This document shows, in pieces, positions 1 to 9,939 of a DNA stretch of 64,000 bases; within the stretch, counting starts at the first letter, position 1; each line of letters starts with the position of its first letter. Source of the DNA: Acidimicrobiia bacterium (GTDB lineage Bacteria > Actinomycetota > Acidimicrobiia > Spongiisociales > Spongiisociaceae). A program made the translations under genes and the position numbers. The stretch lies in contig JBFGLM010000009.1 in NCBI GenBank assembly GCA_041576165.1, positions 32,001-96,000 of the forward strand, given 5' to 3'. Below the pieces are notes generated by a model, which worked only from the letters and a program-made list of their open reading frames with translations, was not told where the DNA came from and did no database searches.

Positions 1-321
1 GTGAGCCCCTCGGACGTCATTCTCGGTGCATCGGCGATCCCGGTGCTGATGGCCATTCTCGGAGGGATTGGGACACTCATAGGGCCTGTGATCGGCGCGT
101 TTGTGATCGTTTTCCTGCGTAACTGGGTGAGCCTGCAGCTGGAGCGATGGCCAACACTCATGGGTCTCATATTCATCTTTGTGGTGCTATTTGCGCGCGA
201 AGGTCTGGTGGGGGCGCTGGCCAGCTGGTGGTACCGGGTGGTCGACCCGAATGGTCGGGGTTCTGTAGTCACTGCTGAAGCTCCCGATCGGCGCGAGACG
301 GTTCTGACCGAACAGGCCTGA
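1..321 (+). CDS. branched-chain amino acid ABC transporter permease (LivM-like), 5' truncated
   Basis: Hydrophobic C-terminal segment ILGGIGTLIGPVIGA...GLIFIFVVLFAREGLVG; directly upstream of Liv-type SBP and ATPases. Confidence 0.85.
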   Translation: MSPSDVILGASAIPVLMAILGGIGTLIGPVIGAFVIVFLRNWVSLQLERWPTLMGLIFIFVVLFAREGLVGALASWWYRVVDPNGRGSVVTAEAPDRRETVLTEQA

Positions 322-380
322 CAAGGGTTCGGCTGGCTCCCATCGTGGGAGCCGAGCGGACGAGTAGGAGGAAACGCAAG

Positions 381-1784
381 ATGAGACAAAGACTACGAAT
401 GTGGCTCGTTCTGGCTGCGGTGTTTGCAATCGTGGCTGCGGCCTGCGGCAGCGGAGATGACGATACGGGTGCAACCGACGCTGCCGAGGAGGCAACAACG
501 ACGGCGGCAGCGGCCGAGGAAACGACTACGACAGCTGCGGGAGACACCACAGAGACAACCGAAGCAGCAGCGGCTCCGACGGGTGACACGATCGATCGGT
601 TGAAGGTCGGCGTGCTGCTCCCGCTCACCGGATTTGTTGCCGGGCCGGGCGAGGACTCGGCACAGGGATTGCAGCTGTTCTTCGATCAGAACGGTGCCAA
701 CGGCGGAACGGAGATCGAGGTCGACGGAATCACCGTCGAGTACATCCTCGAAGACACCGGCTCTGACCCGGCCGTGGCCTTGACGTCGGCCACCAAGCTG
801 GTGGACGTCGACAATGTGGACATCATCATCCCCGGCATCCTGGCCAGCACCGGCGGGGCCGTGGGTGACGCTCTGGGGGATCGCACCGATGTGCTCCTGC
901 TGTCCCCGTATTCGTGCAACGACGACTTCACGCAACGGGCGCCCTTGCAGGGCTATGCCCGGCCCGGTGGTTGGGCATGCAGTCAAACGTCGCACGCGTT
1001 CGGCAAATGGGCAGCTGAGGAAGCCGGGTACCAGCGCATAGCCACCGCCTGCGCCGACTACACGTTCGGGTACGAGCACTGCGGCGGATTCGCCGATGCG
1101 TTCACGGCCTCCGGCGGGGAGATCGTCAACCAGATCTGGTTCCCGCCGCCGACGCAGGACTTCGGCACGTACTCGACTCAGCTCGCTGGTCTCGATGTCG
1201 ACGCAGTCATGGCACTGTCGGTCGGTGGGTCGGCGATCCCGTTCATGACGGCGTACTCGGACTTCGGGCTGAAGCAGAGCGTGCCCCTCCTGGCCGGGGC
1301 CGTGACGACGGACCAGTCGGTGCTGCGGGCCATGGATCGCGAGGTTGCGATCGGCACGATCTCCCACGGCCACTGGGCCGAGGGTGCCGACATCCCTGAG
1401 ACGCAACAGTTCGTCGAGGAGTTCGAGGCCGCGACCGGCAAGATCGCGTCGTACTACGCAGCAGCCAACTTTGCCGCCATGCAATGGATCGTGGCCACGC
1501 TGCGAGAAACCGGCGGCCAGTTCGAGCCCCAGTTGTGGCTCGACACGATGACCGGTGGGATGGAGATCAGCACGCCGTTCGGTCCGCAAACCCTCGACGA
1601 GTTCGGCTCGCCCATTCTGAACGTGTACGTACGCGAGGTCGTGGAACGCGATGACGGCAAGTTGTGGAACGTGCCGATATTCACCTACGAAGGGGTCGAT
1701 CAATTCTTCCCGTTCGACCAAGCGACCTATCTGCAACAACCGGCATACACCAAGGAGTTCCAGGGCAACGGTGTGGGCGGATAA
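381..1784 (+). CDS. Liv-type ABC transporter substrate-binding lipoprotein
   Basis: AGGAGGA RBS before ATG 381; lipobox VAAAC; Thr/Ala/Glu linker; KVGVLLPLTG, EDTGSDP, DYTFGYE periplasmic-binding motifs. Confidence 0.9.
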   Translation: MRQRLRMWLVLAAVFAIVAAACGSGDDDTGATDAAEEATTTAAAAEETTTTAAGDTTETTEAAAAPTGDTIDRLKVGVLLPLTGFVAGPGEDSAQGLQLFFDQNGANGGTEIEVDGITVEYILEDTGSDPAVALTSATKLVDVDNVDIIIPGILASTGGAVGDALGDRTDVLLLSPYSCNDDFTQRAPLQGYARPGGWACSQTSHAFGKWAAEEAGYQRIATACADYTFGYEHCGGFADAFTASGGEIVNQIWFPPPTQDFGTYSTQLAGLDVDAVMALSVGGSAIPFMTAYSDFGLKQSVPLLAGAVTTDQSVLRAMDREVAIGTISHGHWAEGADIPETQQFVEEFEAATGKIASYYAAANFAAMQWIVATLRETGGQFEPQLWLDTMTGGMEISTPFGPQTLDEFGSPILNVYVREVVERDDGKLWNVPIFTYEGVDQFFPFDQATYLQQPAYTKEFQGNGVGG

Positions 1785-1835
1785 AACCATCGAGACGAGG
1801 CCGATGAGCACAGGAGCAGTAGTCTGAGCACCGTA

Positions 1836-2567
1836 TTGAACGTTCAGGACGTGACCGTCCGGTTCGGCGGTGTCACCGCTGTCAACAAGGTGTCCCTCCA
1901 AGTAGAGGCGGGAGAACGGTGGGCGGTGATCGGGCCCAACGGAGCCGGGAAGACGACCCTGTTCCGCACGATCTCTGGTGAGGTTCGCCCTACCGAGGGT
2001 CGGGTAGAGCTCTTCGGTGACGACATGAGCCGCGCTGCGCCTTATCGCAAGGCGCAGCGCGGCGTCGGTCGCACGTACCAAGTGACCGAGCTGTTTCAAC
2101 AGCTCACGGTCGAGGCAAACGTGGTAATCGCCATTCACGCGGTCACGCCAACTCGGTTCATTTTCTGGCGGCCCGTTCGCACGTCTGGCGCACTCAACGA
2201 TTCGATCGAGTCGGTGCTGGGTGCGGTGGGACTCATCAATCAGCGCTACACCGTGGTTTCCCAACTTTCCCACGGCGAACAACGGCAGTTGGAGATTGCG
2301 ATGGCGCTAGCTTCCAACCCGCGGCTGCTATTGCTCGACGAGCCGGCGGCCGGTTTGTCGGCCGCCGAACGCAAAATCATGAAAACCCTGGTCAACGACC
2401 TGCCGCGCGACCTGTCGATCGTGCTGATCGAACATGACATGGACATCGCGCTCGACCTGGTCGACCGGGTGCTGGTACTCGACAACGGCGACATGATCGC
2501 CGAGGGCGAACCCGATGAAATCCGCGTTGATCAGCGGGTCCAGGACGTCTATCTGAGGTACGAATAG
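1836..2567 (+). CDS. ABC ATP-binding protein (LivG-like); start may be CTG 1824
   Basis: Walker A GPNGAGKTT, signature LSHGEQRQLEIA, Walker B LLLLDEPAAG. Confidence 0.93.
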   Translation: MNVQDVTVRFGGVTAVNKVSLQVEAGERWAVIGPNGAGKTTLFRTISGEVRPTEGRVELFGDDMSRAAPYRKAQRGVGRTYQVTELFQQLTVEANVVIAIHAVTPTRFIFWRPVRTSGALNDSIESVLGAVGLINQRYTVVSQLSHGEQRQLEIAMALASNPRLLLLDEPAAGLSAAERKIMKTLVNDLPRDLSIVLIEHDMDIALDLVDRVLVLDNGDMIAEGEPDEIRVDQRVQDVYLRYE

Positions 2568-3280
2568 TGCTGATCGCTGAAGACGTTCACAGCTATTACG
2601 GCACCGCACACATCCTCGATGGTACGAGCCTGCGGGTCGAGGATGGCGAGGTGCTCGGTCTGCTCGGCCGCAACGGCATGGGTAAGACAACTCTCGTCCG
2701 GACGATCGCAGGAATCGATCCCCCGGAGCAGCGGGCGGGCAAGATCAGCTGGCGGGGGGAGGACATCACGAATCTGGACTCTTACGAGATCGCCCGTCGG
2801 GGGATTGGCTACGTCCCGCAGGGGCGCCATGTGTTCGGCAGCTTGACCGTGGTCGAGAATCTCGATGTCGTAGCACGGCGCCCGTTGGAGGAAAGCCGCC
2901 AGGAATGGGACATGGATCGGGTGTTCGAGTTCTTCCCTCGCCTAGCCGAACGCAAGTCGAGCTTTGCCCGGACGCTGTCGGGCGGGGAACAGCAGATGCT
3001 CGCCATCGGGCGTGCCCTGATGACCAACCCGACGCTGCTCCTCATGGACGAGCCGTCCGAAGGTCTGGCACCGATCGTGCTCGGTGTCATCCGTGACACT
3101 CTGGCCAGCCTGAAGGGACCAGGCCTCTCCATCTTGTTGGTCGAGCAGAACCTGGGCCTGGCGCTGTCATTGGGGGATCGGATCAACCTCATGTCTGAGT
3201 ACGGCCACATCGTCTGGGAAGGCACGCCTGACGATCTCAAGGCCGACGAAGACGCCCAACACAGTCACCTGGGCGTCTGA
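2567..3280 (+). CDS. ABC ATP-binding protein (LivF-like)
   Basis: GRNGMGKTT, YVPQGR, LSGGEQQMLAIGRAL, LLMDEPSEGLAP. Confidence 0.93.
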   Translation: MLIAEDVHSYYGTAHILDGTSLRVEDGEVLGLLGRNGMGKTTLVRTIAGIDPPEQRAGKISWRGEDITNLDSYEIARRGIGYVPQGRHVFGSLTVVENLDVVARRPLEESRQEWDMDRVFEFFPRLAERKSSFARTLSGGEQQMLAIGRALMTNPTLLLMDEPSEGLAPIVLGVIRDTLASLKGPGLSILLVEQNLGLALSLGDRINLMSEYGHIVWEGTPDDLKADEDAQHSHLGV

Positions 3281-4194
3281 ACCGTTCCGGCACGGTGGGC
3301 GGCCACTGCGTCGTACACCTCTGGGAACCGTGGGTCGATGTCGAAGTCGTACCCGTCCCAATATCCGTCGCGCTCCGGGGCGTAGCGGCGTGGTGCCACC
3401 ATTCCGGGATGGAGCGCCAGATCCTTCATAGACGCCTCGAGCAGCCGCCATTCCCGTTTAGTTCCCGGAGCCGCTCGCGGGGCCATGATGTGGGCCGTCA
3501 CCCGGCGCCCGTAGCGGAGCTTGTTCGTGAACGGGTGCTCCCACACCCGGTGGGTTCCCGTGATGACAACGGGAAGGACCGGCAGTCCTGCCCGCCGGGC
3601 CAGCCGCAACGCGCCCCGCGCAAACGCCACCTCGAGGCCCAACACCGAACCCTGGGGAAACACCACCACACTCTCACCGCTCGCCACCGTCGAATCGAGC
3701 TGGGCATACACACGGCGTAGTGCGGCCCGAGATGGCGCCCGGGGGATCAGTATCTGCCGGGACGCAGTCAGATAGCGACCGAGAGCAGGCCACTGGAACA
3801 ACTCATCCCGCGCGACAAAACGTACGTCGAGGCCGAGGGCCAGCACCACCAGCGCGTCGGCGAACCCCTCGTGGAGGGCCAGCACCAGGTAGTTGCGACG
3901 CGGGTCGATCTGCTCCCGGCCCGTGATGCGCAGGTCGATTCCCAGATAGCGGGTCGTGGCGCTCGCCCACGCCCGCTCCAACCGATGCAGCAACCTGGGG
4001 TGGCAGGCGGCGGCGGCCAGGGCGCGGCTGGCGGCGCCGACCAGGGCCACCGATCCCGCGATCGTTTGCGCGGTTCGGCCGAGCCCGTCGACCGAGAATC
4101 GCCCTACGTCCCATGTCCGCACCGGCGCCAGTATGGACGCCCGCCGGCCGTACACCGAGACAGGCAGGGACGATGCCTCTTCGCGTGCAATCAC
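3265..4194 (-). CDS. lysophospholipid acyltransferase (PlsC-like); start uncertain
   Basis: HEGFAD (HxxxxD), FVARDELF, VFPQG, FARGA, PVLPVVITG. Confidence 0.75.
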   Translation of the reverse strand: MIAREEASSLPVSVYGRRASILAPVRTWDVGRFSVDGLGRTAQTIAGSVALVGAASRALAAAACHPRLLHRLERAWASATTRYLGIDLRITGREQIDPRRNYLVLALHEGFADALVVLALGLDVRFVARDELFQWPALGRYLTASRQILIPRAPSRAALRRVYAQLDSTVASGESVVVFPQGSVLGLEVAFARGALRLARRAGLPVLPVVITGTHRVWEHPFTNKLRYGRRVTAHIMAPRAAPGTKREWRLLEASMKDLALHPGMVAPRRYAPERDGYWDGYDFDIDPRFPEVYDAVAAHRAGTVQTPR

Positions 4195-4303
4195 TGGCGC
4201 GATCCCGGCAATCCCGGGCTGCGCCGGATAGGCGGCTCAATTCCGTCAGGGCGCCCCAACTCCTGAGCGAGTGGAGCGTTGTCGCCCGATCCCTGGCTGC
4301 CGG

Positions 4304-7261
4304 TCAGCGACCGCCATCCAGACCCTGTCCATCAAGAGCGTCTGGGTCTGACTGGCTTGAATTGTGCTGCACAGACCGCCGCCCTGCCCCCGGTGCCTGT
4401 GAGTCCTGGTTTGTGCGTTCGTGGTCGAGCCGGCGCATCCTCTGGATCGCGCCGATTGCTCCCAGTTCCCCCAATCGGGCGACGGCGGCATCACTGTCGC
4501 CGCCGAGAGCCATAGCGAGAGCGGCCTCGTATGGGAGGCCGAGATCGTCCCATCGCTCCGCAGCCTCGCTGAATCGGCCTCTGAGTTCACTCAAGTACGG
4601 CTCATCGACCGCCGCGTCGCCCATGTCGTGGCCGGCGAGATGCAACCAGCGGGCTAGCTCGCCGCCATAGCGCAGCTCCCCACGTTCGACCGCCAAGTCG
4701 AATGCTCTCAGGGCATCGGTCGTGGTGGCTTCATCCGATGACTCACCGCTGAGCCAATCGACCTCGGCACGAACTGCCGCCGCAGGGGCGATACGCTGAA
4801 CCTCTCCGCTCGGGGCCGCCAGTGCCCAGATCTCTGCGGCGTACTGGACCGCCCGGGCACGATTGCCCCTTCGAAGCGTGATCCTGGTCAGGGCCTCCAG
4901 GGCCGGTACCCGAGATGGGCTTGAGATGGCGGGGCCCTGTAGGCAGCGGTGGGCCAGTTCTACGGCCTCGTCCCAGCGGCCGACCTCCATCAACAGCCAC
5001 GCGAGCGTGCTGCTCAGGTATGTGACGAAGGTCTCTATCTCGTGCTCTGCGGCGTATGCGATCCCTTCTCGCAATCCCTGCTCCGCACGCTCGTATTGAC
5101 GCCGGAGCACCCGCACCCAATTCAGATTGGTGTAGGCGCGGCATGCGTGTTCGGGGTGGCCGGCTGCGATCGCCGCAAGTCGTGCCTCTTCGAGCATCGC
5201 CTCGCCCCGGACGTGATCCGACCGTTCGAGCGCCGTGGCGACATTGATCATGGCGTGGATCCTCGTTTCGACATCGCCGATCGACTCGGCCAGCTCGATT
5301 GCGTGCTCGCCCCAGGTGATTGCCTCCTCGTTGCGATGCGCCAGCATTGCCAGCTGTGAACGGGTGCTGTAGGCGAAGGCAAGCTCTGGCGTGGGGGATA
5401 GGTGTTCGACGGCTGCGGCTGCCGACTCGGCCGCGCTTGCAGCTTCGGTCGGATGGCCGAGCATCCAGTGGAAGCGCGAGATCCACCGATGGTCGCGGGA
5501 CTCGGCTCGCGGATCGGTCGTGCGGTGGATTTCGAGAACGCGCTGCCGCAGCCCTAGCGCCTCGTTCATGTGATTCATGAAGTAGGCGGCGACCGAACCA
5601 CCCTCCAATGCTTCGGTCAGTGCATGCTGCTCGAGTGAGTCTTCGTGGTCGAGCACCCTGGACCAGTGGGCTAACGCCTGTCGGTGGGCGTTAGCAGCCG
5701 AGGCGGCCCTGGCAGCCGCCATGCCGTGGCGAACGATGGCCTCGGGAAGGTCGGCTTCGGCGGCATGGTGGACGAGGCGGGCTGGATCTGCTGACCGGCG
5801 CTCGAGTGCTTCGAGAACCGCCCGGTTGAGTCGTCGCCGCTCGGCCGGCGCCAGGCCAGCCTCGACCGCCCTGCGGGCGAGCTCGTGGCGGTAGCCGATG
5901 CCCTCGGCCAGGATCAGCAGGAGGCGAGCATCCTCGGCTTCCGAGAGCCCGGCAGTCCCGCCGTGCAGCTCAGTCATGACGTCGGCTTCTATTCGGGTGG
6001 GAGCGACCGACACCAACTCGGCGACCTGGCGTGCATCGGTGGACATCTGTTCGACTCGGGCCAGCACCGCATCCTGGACCGAAGCCGGGACCTCGTCGGT
6101 GCCGGACGCCAGGATTTCGCTCAGGAAGAACGGGTTTCCCGACGTGAGGCGGCGGAGCCGTTCAGCTGCCGCCTCGCCGGCCAGCGCAGCGATGGCCGCC
6201 GTTGACAGCGGGGCGAGTTGGAGCCGGGTAACCGCTCCGGCCGGTGCGTTCACGAGGGTGGAGCGAACCCGGGCCGCACCCGTGTCGCGCACTGTGAGCA
6301 CGAGCATGACCGGCAGCTGACCGATACGCCGGGCCAGGTACTTGATCGCATCAATTGTTGCGTCGTCAGCCCAATGCAGATCCTCGATCACGACCAGGCG
6401 GGTCGGGCCGGTTGCCAGCGCATCGTGCAGAGCTGCAAGAATCCGTTCCGGACGCGGGTCGTCAATGAGCGCGGCCCGATAGCCCGGACCGAGGTCCGGC
6501 GCCATGTCGTAGAAGGGGCCGAAGGCGCGCGGTGTCATCAGGTCGTCGCACCAACCCCAGAGAACGGCGCCCGACAGTTCATCGGCGATCGCCCGTACCA
6601 GGCTCGATTTGCCGATGCCTGCTTCGCCGCCGACCAGGACCACATTGCCCTGACCGGCGGCGGCTCGCTCGAACGAAGCCCGCAAGATCCGCAGTTCATC
6701 GCTGCGCTCCAACAGCTCAGGATGGCTCGCAGGCCGGATGGTGGCGGCCGGCTGCGTCGAGGTACCGGCTTCGAGCATCGCCCGATGGATGCGCACCGGC
6801 TCGTCGATGTGTTTGAGCTGGTGATCGCCCAGGTCCTCGAATCGGACCGGCGACCGACCTCGGAGGCTGTCGCGCACAGAACCCGAGATCATGATCCCGC
6901 CCGGGTCGGCAAGCGCCTCCAGGCGGGCGGCGACGTTGACGCCGTCGCCGAACATGTCGCCGTCCTCGGTGACCATCACGTCGCCGACGTTGATACCGAT
7001 TCGCAGTGTCAGCGGCCCGCCCGGCGCGACCCGCTGCACCTCCACAGCAGCGTCAACCGCCTCCGCAACGCTGGCGAACTCGGCGATCACCGAATCGCCG
7101 GCAGTGTTGGCGATTCGTCCGCCATGGCCTTCGATGATGGGATCGACTCGCCGTCGGAGCGCCTGCAGGTCTGCGAGGGTGCTTTCCTCGCTTCTCGCCA
7201 TCGCCGCCGTGAAGCCGGCTACGTCGGCGGCAAAAATGGCAGCCAGTCGACGCTCGGTCAT
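4304..7261 (-). CDS. class III adenylate/guanylate cyclase fused to AAA (STAND) ATPase and TPR-like helical domain
   Basis: RRLAAIFAADVAGF, TAGDS, RIGINVGDV, GDGVNVAARLE; Walker A GEAGIGKSSL; IEDLHWADDAT; start set at ATG 7261. Confidence 0.85.
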   Translation of the reverse strand: MTERRLAAIFAADVAGFTAAMARSEESTLADLQALRRRVDPIIEGHGGRIANTAGDSVIAEFASVAEAVDAAVEVQRVAPGGPLTLRIGINVGDVMVTEDGDMFGDGVNVAARLEALADPGGIMISGSVRDSLRGRSPVRFEDLGDHQLKHIDEPVRIHRAMLEAGTSTQPAATIRPASHPELLERSDELRILRASFERAAAGQGNVVLVGGEAGIGKSSLVRAIADELSGAVLWGWCDDLMTPRAFGPFYDMAPDLGPGYRAALIDDPRPERILAALHDALATGPTRLVVIEDLHWADDATIDAIKYLARRIGQLPVMLVLTVRDTGAARVRSTLVNAPAGAVTRLQLAPLSTAAIAALAGEAAAERLRRLTSGNPFFLSEILASGTDEVPASVQDAVLARVEQMSTDARQVAELVSVAPTRIEADVMTELHGGTAGLSEAEDARLLLILAEGIGYRHELARRAVEAGLAPAERRRLNRAVLEALERRSADPARLVHHAAEADLPEAIVRHGMAAARAASAANAHRQALAHWSRVLDHEDSLEQHALTEALEGGSVAAYFMNHMNEALGLRQRVLEIHRTTDPRAESRDHRWISRFHWMLGHPTEAASAAESAAAAVEHLSPTPELAFAYSTRSQLAMLAHRNEEAITWGEHAIELAESIGDVETRIHAMINVATALERSDHVRGEAMLEEARLAAIAAGHPEHACRAYTNLNWVRVLRRQYERAEQGLREGIAYAAEHEIETFVTYLSSTLAWLLMEVGRWDEAVELAHRCLQGPAISSPSRVPALEALTRITLRRGNRARAVQYAAEIWALAAPSGEVQRIAPAAAVRAEVDWLSGESSDEATTTDALRAFDLAVERGELRYGGELARWLHLAGHDMGDAAVDEPYLSELRGRFSEAAERWDDLGLPYEAALAMALGGDSDAAVARLGELGAIGAIQRMRRLDHERTNQDSQAPGAGRRSVQHNSSQSDPDALDGQGLDGGR

Positions 7262-7492
7262 CGAACCATACTGGCGGATCTTCCCGCTCTCGGCGTCCGA
7301 TCTGCCTGATGATGGGGTAAGCCGGGCGCTCCCTACGAGAACCGAGCTCGATGACGGAAGGACGTCATCTGCGAGGCTCACTGTGCCTCGGCGCACCGAC
7401 ACACCGGACCCAACCTGGCTGATCACATTTGTTGACGCGCAACGGGTCCCCGTAGCACCGCTTGGTGACGTCGTGTTGGCTCCGGAGCGCGG

Positions 7493-8503
7493 TCACCCCG
7501 CCACGGCGTTGAAATCAATCCGCAGCGCTTCGGTCATGACGGCGCAATGGCTCTCGGTCCAGATATCGGCCCCGCCCAGCACCCCGACCCATTTCGCCTC
7601 GACGTCGGCGGCAGCGACCCGCGCCAGCTCTTTGAGATATTCATCGAAGAGGTGCCACAAGTTCACGAACCCGGTGCGGGCTGCGATCGCGAAGAAGTCG
7701 ACGGTTGCCAGTGCGTTACCGGATGCAGCTTGGACGTCGTGCAGGTATTCGCGTGCGGCCTCGATGTCCTCCCGGGTGCCGAGCCGGGTGAGATGGCCGC
7801 CCACAAAGGTCTGCCAGGGAAGCCCGAGAACGAAGTCGTGCACGGCGATGTACCCGGGCACGTCCTCTGCCAGCGCCAGTTCCAGGAATGGGATCCAGCC
7901 CGGGAACATGACATCAACCAGCATCAGGGTTTCGGCGTGCCGCGCCAGCACGATGAGATTGCCGGGTTCGTGTTGGGGTCCCGGATAGATCAATTCGAGC
8001 CTGTGGGGGCCGTGGCCGAGCTTCATGCGGCGTTTGAACGTCCGGTCGGGAACCGGTCGCAGCGGGTCGTTGGCCCGCCGCAGGATGGCGGCTGTCTCCT
8101 CGTGGCCCACGAACGTGACATCGTGATCGAACAGTCGCCCGGCCACACCGATGTGATCACCGTGGGAGTGGCTCAGCACGATGTGGGTCACCGGCTTTGA
8201 CGTGACCTCGGCGATGGCGGCCGGTATGGCAGCCTCCAGGGTGGGCGGAGCGTCGACCAGGATCACGCCCTTCTTGGTCACCTGGAAGATCGATTGATAG
8301 GCGCCTTCCGTGACCCAGTACAGCCCGGCTCCGATCTCTTCGACCAGATATCCCTTGGCCGGGATGGGCGGTCCGAGGGCGCCGGGCGGAACCGGAGCGA
8401 CGTCGTCCGATCCGGTCTGGGCGGCGGCGGCGCCAGCCGGAATCATGGATCCGACGGCGGCCAGCCCGCACGTCGTCAAGAAGCTGCGGCGAGACATGAC
8501 CAT
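7493..8503 (-). CDS. Tat-exported metallo-beta-lactamase-fold hydrolase
   Basis: Twin-arginine SRRSFL signal; LVDAPP; HSHGDHIG (HxHxDH); GGH. Confidence 0.85.
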   Translation of the reverse strand: MVMSRRSFLTTCGLAAVGSMIPAGAAAAQTGSDDVAPVPPGALGPPIPAKGYLVEEIGAGLYWVTEGAYQSIFQVTKKGVILVDAPPTLEAAIPAAIAEVTSKPVTHIVLSHSHGDHIGVAGRLFDHDVTFVGHEETAAILRRANDPLRPVPDRTFKRRMKLGHGPHRLELIYPGPQHEPGNLIVLARHAETLMLVDVMFPGWIPFLELALAEDVPGYIAVHDFVLGLPWQTFVGGHLTRLGTREDIEAAREYLHDVQAASGNALATVDFFAIAARTGFVNLWHLFDEYLKELARVAAADVEAKWVGVLGGADIWTESHCAVMTEALRIDFNAVAG

Positions 8504-8580
8504 TGGGAAACCCCCCTTCTCACGGCTGCCCGCGGAACCTGATACAGCCTACGCATCTGGATCAGGCCGTGACGGAGGGA

Positions 8581-9939
8581 TCACGCGGCGACCGATGCGT
8601 AGACATCGGCGTAGTGGGCGGCCGCTCGGTCCCACGAGAAATCCGCCGCCATGCCGTTGCGCTGTAGTTTGCGCCACTCGGCCCGGCTCTTGCGGAATGT
8701 ACGCATGGCCCGTCTGATCGTCTTGGTCAGGCTTTCGGGGGTGAAGGAGCGGAACCCGAAGCCGGTCGCCACGTCCGGCTGCTCGTCCAGATCGGTCACC
8801 GAATCAGCCAGACCCCCGGTCAGCCGCACCACCGGCACCGAGCCGTACCGCATGGCATACAGCTGGCCCAGGCCACACGGCTCAAAGCGCGAGGGCATGA
8901 GGTAGGCGTCAGTGCCCGCGGAAGTGAGGCGGGCCAGTTCCTCGGTATAGGGGGTATGCCATACGGCCGCGGGGTGGCGGGTCGCCCACGAGTCGACCAG
9001 GTCATCCAGCTCGCCGTTACCGACGAGGATCAACCGCATGCCGTCGTTGATCAGATCGTCGAGGTAGGGATCCAGCAGCCCGATGCCCTTCTGCTCGGCC
9101 ATCCGTCCGACGTTGCCGAAGAACATCCCTTCGGGTTCGAGGCCGGATTGGGCTATCAGGGCTCCTTTGGCGTCGAGACGGCCCCGCAGCCTCCCCCGGC
9201 TGAACGGGCGGGGGAGCACGGGATCGGTGCGAGGATCCCACGAGGTGGTGTCGATTCCGTTCATGATGCCGATCACGTCGTCGCCCCGTGCCCGTACGAC
9301 CGCGTCGAGGCCGCCCGAGATAGCAGCCTCACTCGTCAGCTGACGAGCGAAGCCCGGGCTGACCGTGGTGACCCGATGGGCCCGATCGATCCCGGCTTTC
9401 AGATAGTTCGCTTGCCCGAACCATTCGATTGGCCCTCCCGCGACCAGGTCTGTGGCGTCCAACCCCAGCAGCGCTGCCACCTCCGGGAGCGGTCCGAGCA
9501 GCGAGTACGCGGCGTTGTGCACCGTCAGAACCGAGGGAACCGGACACCGGAGCGCGGCCGCGGCCGCATGGGAATCGTGAAGATGGACGACATCGAAGTC
9601 GCCGGCCAGCTGGCGCACCCGGAGCGCAAAGAGCCCGAACCGGAACCATTGGTCGTCGTATCCGGTACCCGGCTCCGGGCCGTAGATGCCTGGACGGTCG
9701 AAGGCGGCAGGCTCGTCGATCAGCCACACCTCGATGCCGTCGAGTGAATCCTCAAACAGGTCTACGTCGCCCACGGTCCGACCGCTTCCGAGCGCTCGGA
9801 GATGCCGGTACCGGGGAATGGCCACGGTGACGTCGTGCCCGCCCCGGGCCAGTGCTCCCGCCAGACCGCGGACGGCTTCGCCGAGGCCGCCCGTGCGGGC
9901 CAGCGGGGACAGCTCCGCAGATGCCATCAGGATTCTCAT
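8581..9939 (-). CDS. glgA: glycogen synthase (GT5)
   Basis: MRILMASAELSPLARTGGLG, TVHN, NGID, GRMAEQKG, MPSRFEPCGLGQLYAMRYG; ATG 9939 overlaps upstream stop. Confidence 0.9.
   Translation of the reverse strand: MRILMASAELSPLARTGGLGEAVRGLAGALARGGHDVTVAIPRYRHLRALGSGRTVGDVDLFEDSLDGIEVWLIDEPAAFDRPGIYGPEPGTGYDDQWFRFGLFALRVRQLAGDFDVVHLHDSHAAAAALRCPVPSVLTVHNAAYSLLGPLPEVAALLGLDATDLVAGGPIEWFGQANYLKAGIDRAHRVTTVSPGFARQLTSEAAISGGLDAVVRARGDDVIGIMNGIDTTSWDPRTDPVLPRPFSRGRLRGRLDAKGALIAQSGLEPEGMFFGNVGRMAEQKGIGLLDPYLDDLINDGMRLILVGNGELDDLVDSWATRHPAAVWHTPYTEELARLTSAGTDAYLMPSRFEPCGLGQLYAMRYGSVPVVRLTGGLADSVTDLDEQPDVATGFGFRSFTPESLTKTIRRAMRTFRKSRAEWRKLQRNGMAADFSWDRAAAHYADVYASVAA

Noticed and set aside
393-2282. Long antisense ORFs (also 36875-38614, 43167-44729, 49160-50713, 52876-54234)
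   Set aside because: Shadow frames of well-supported high-GC genes, with no recognisable motifs
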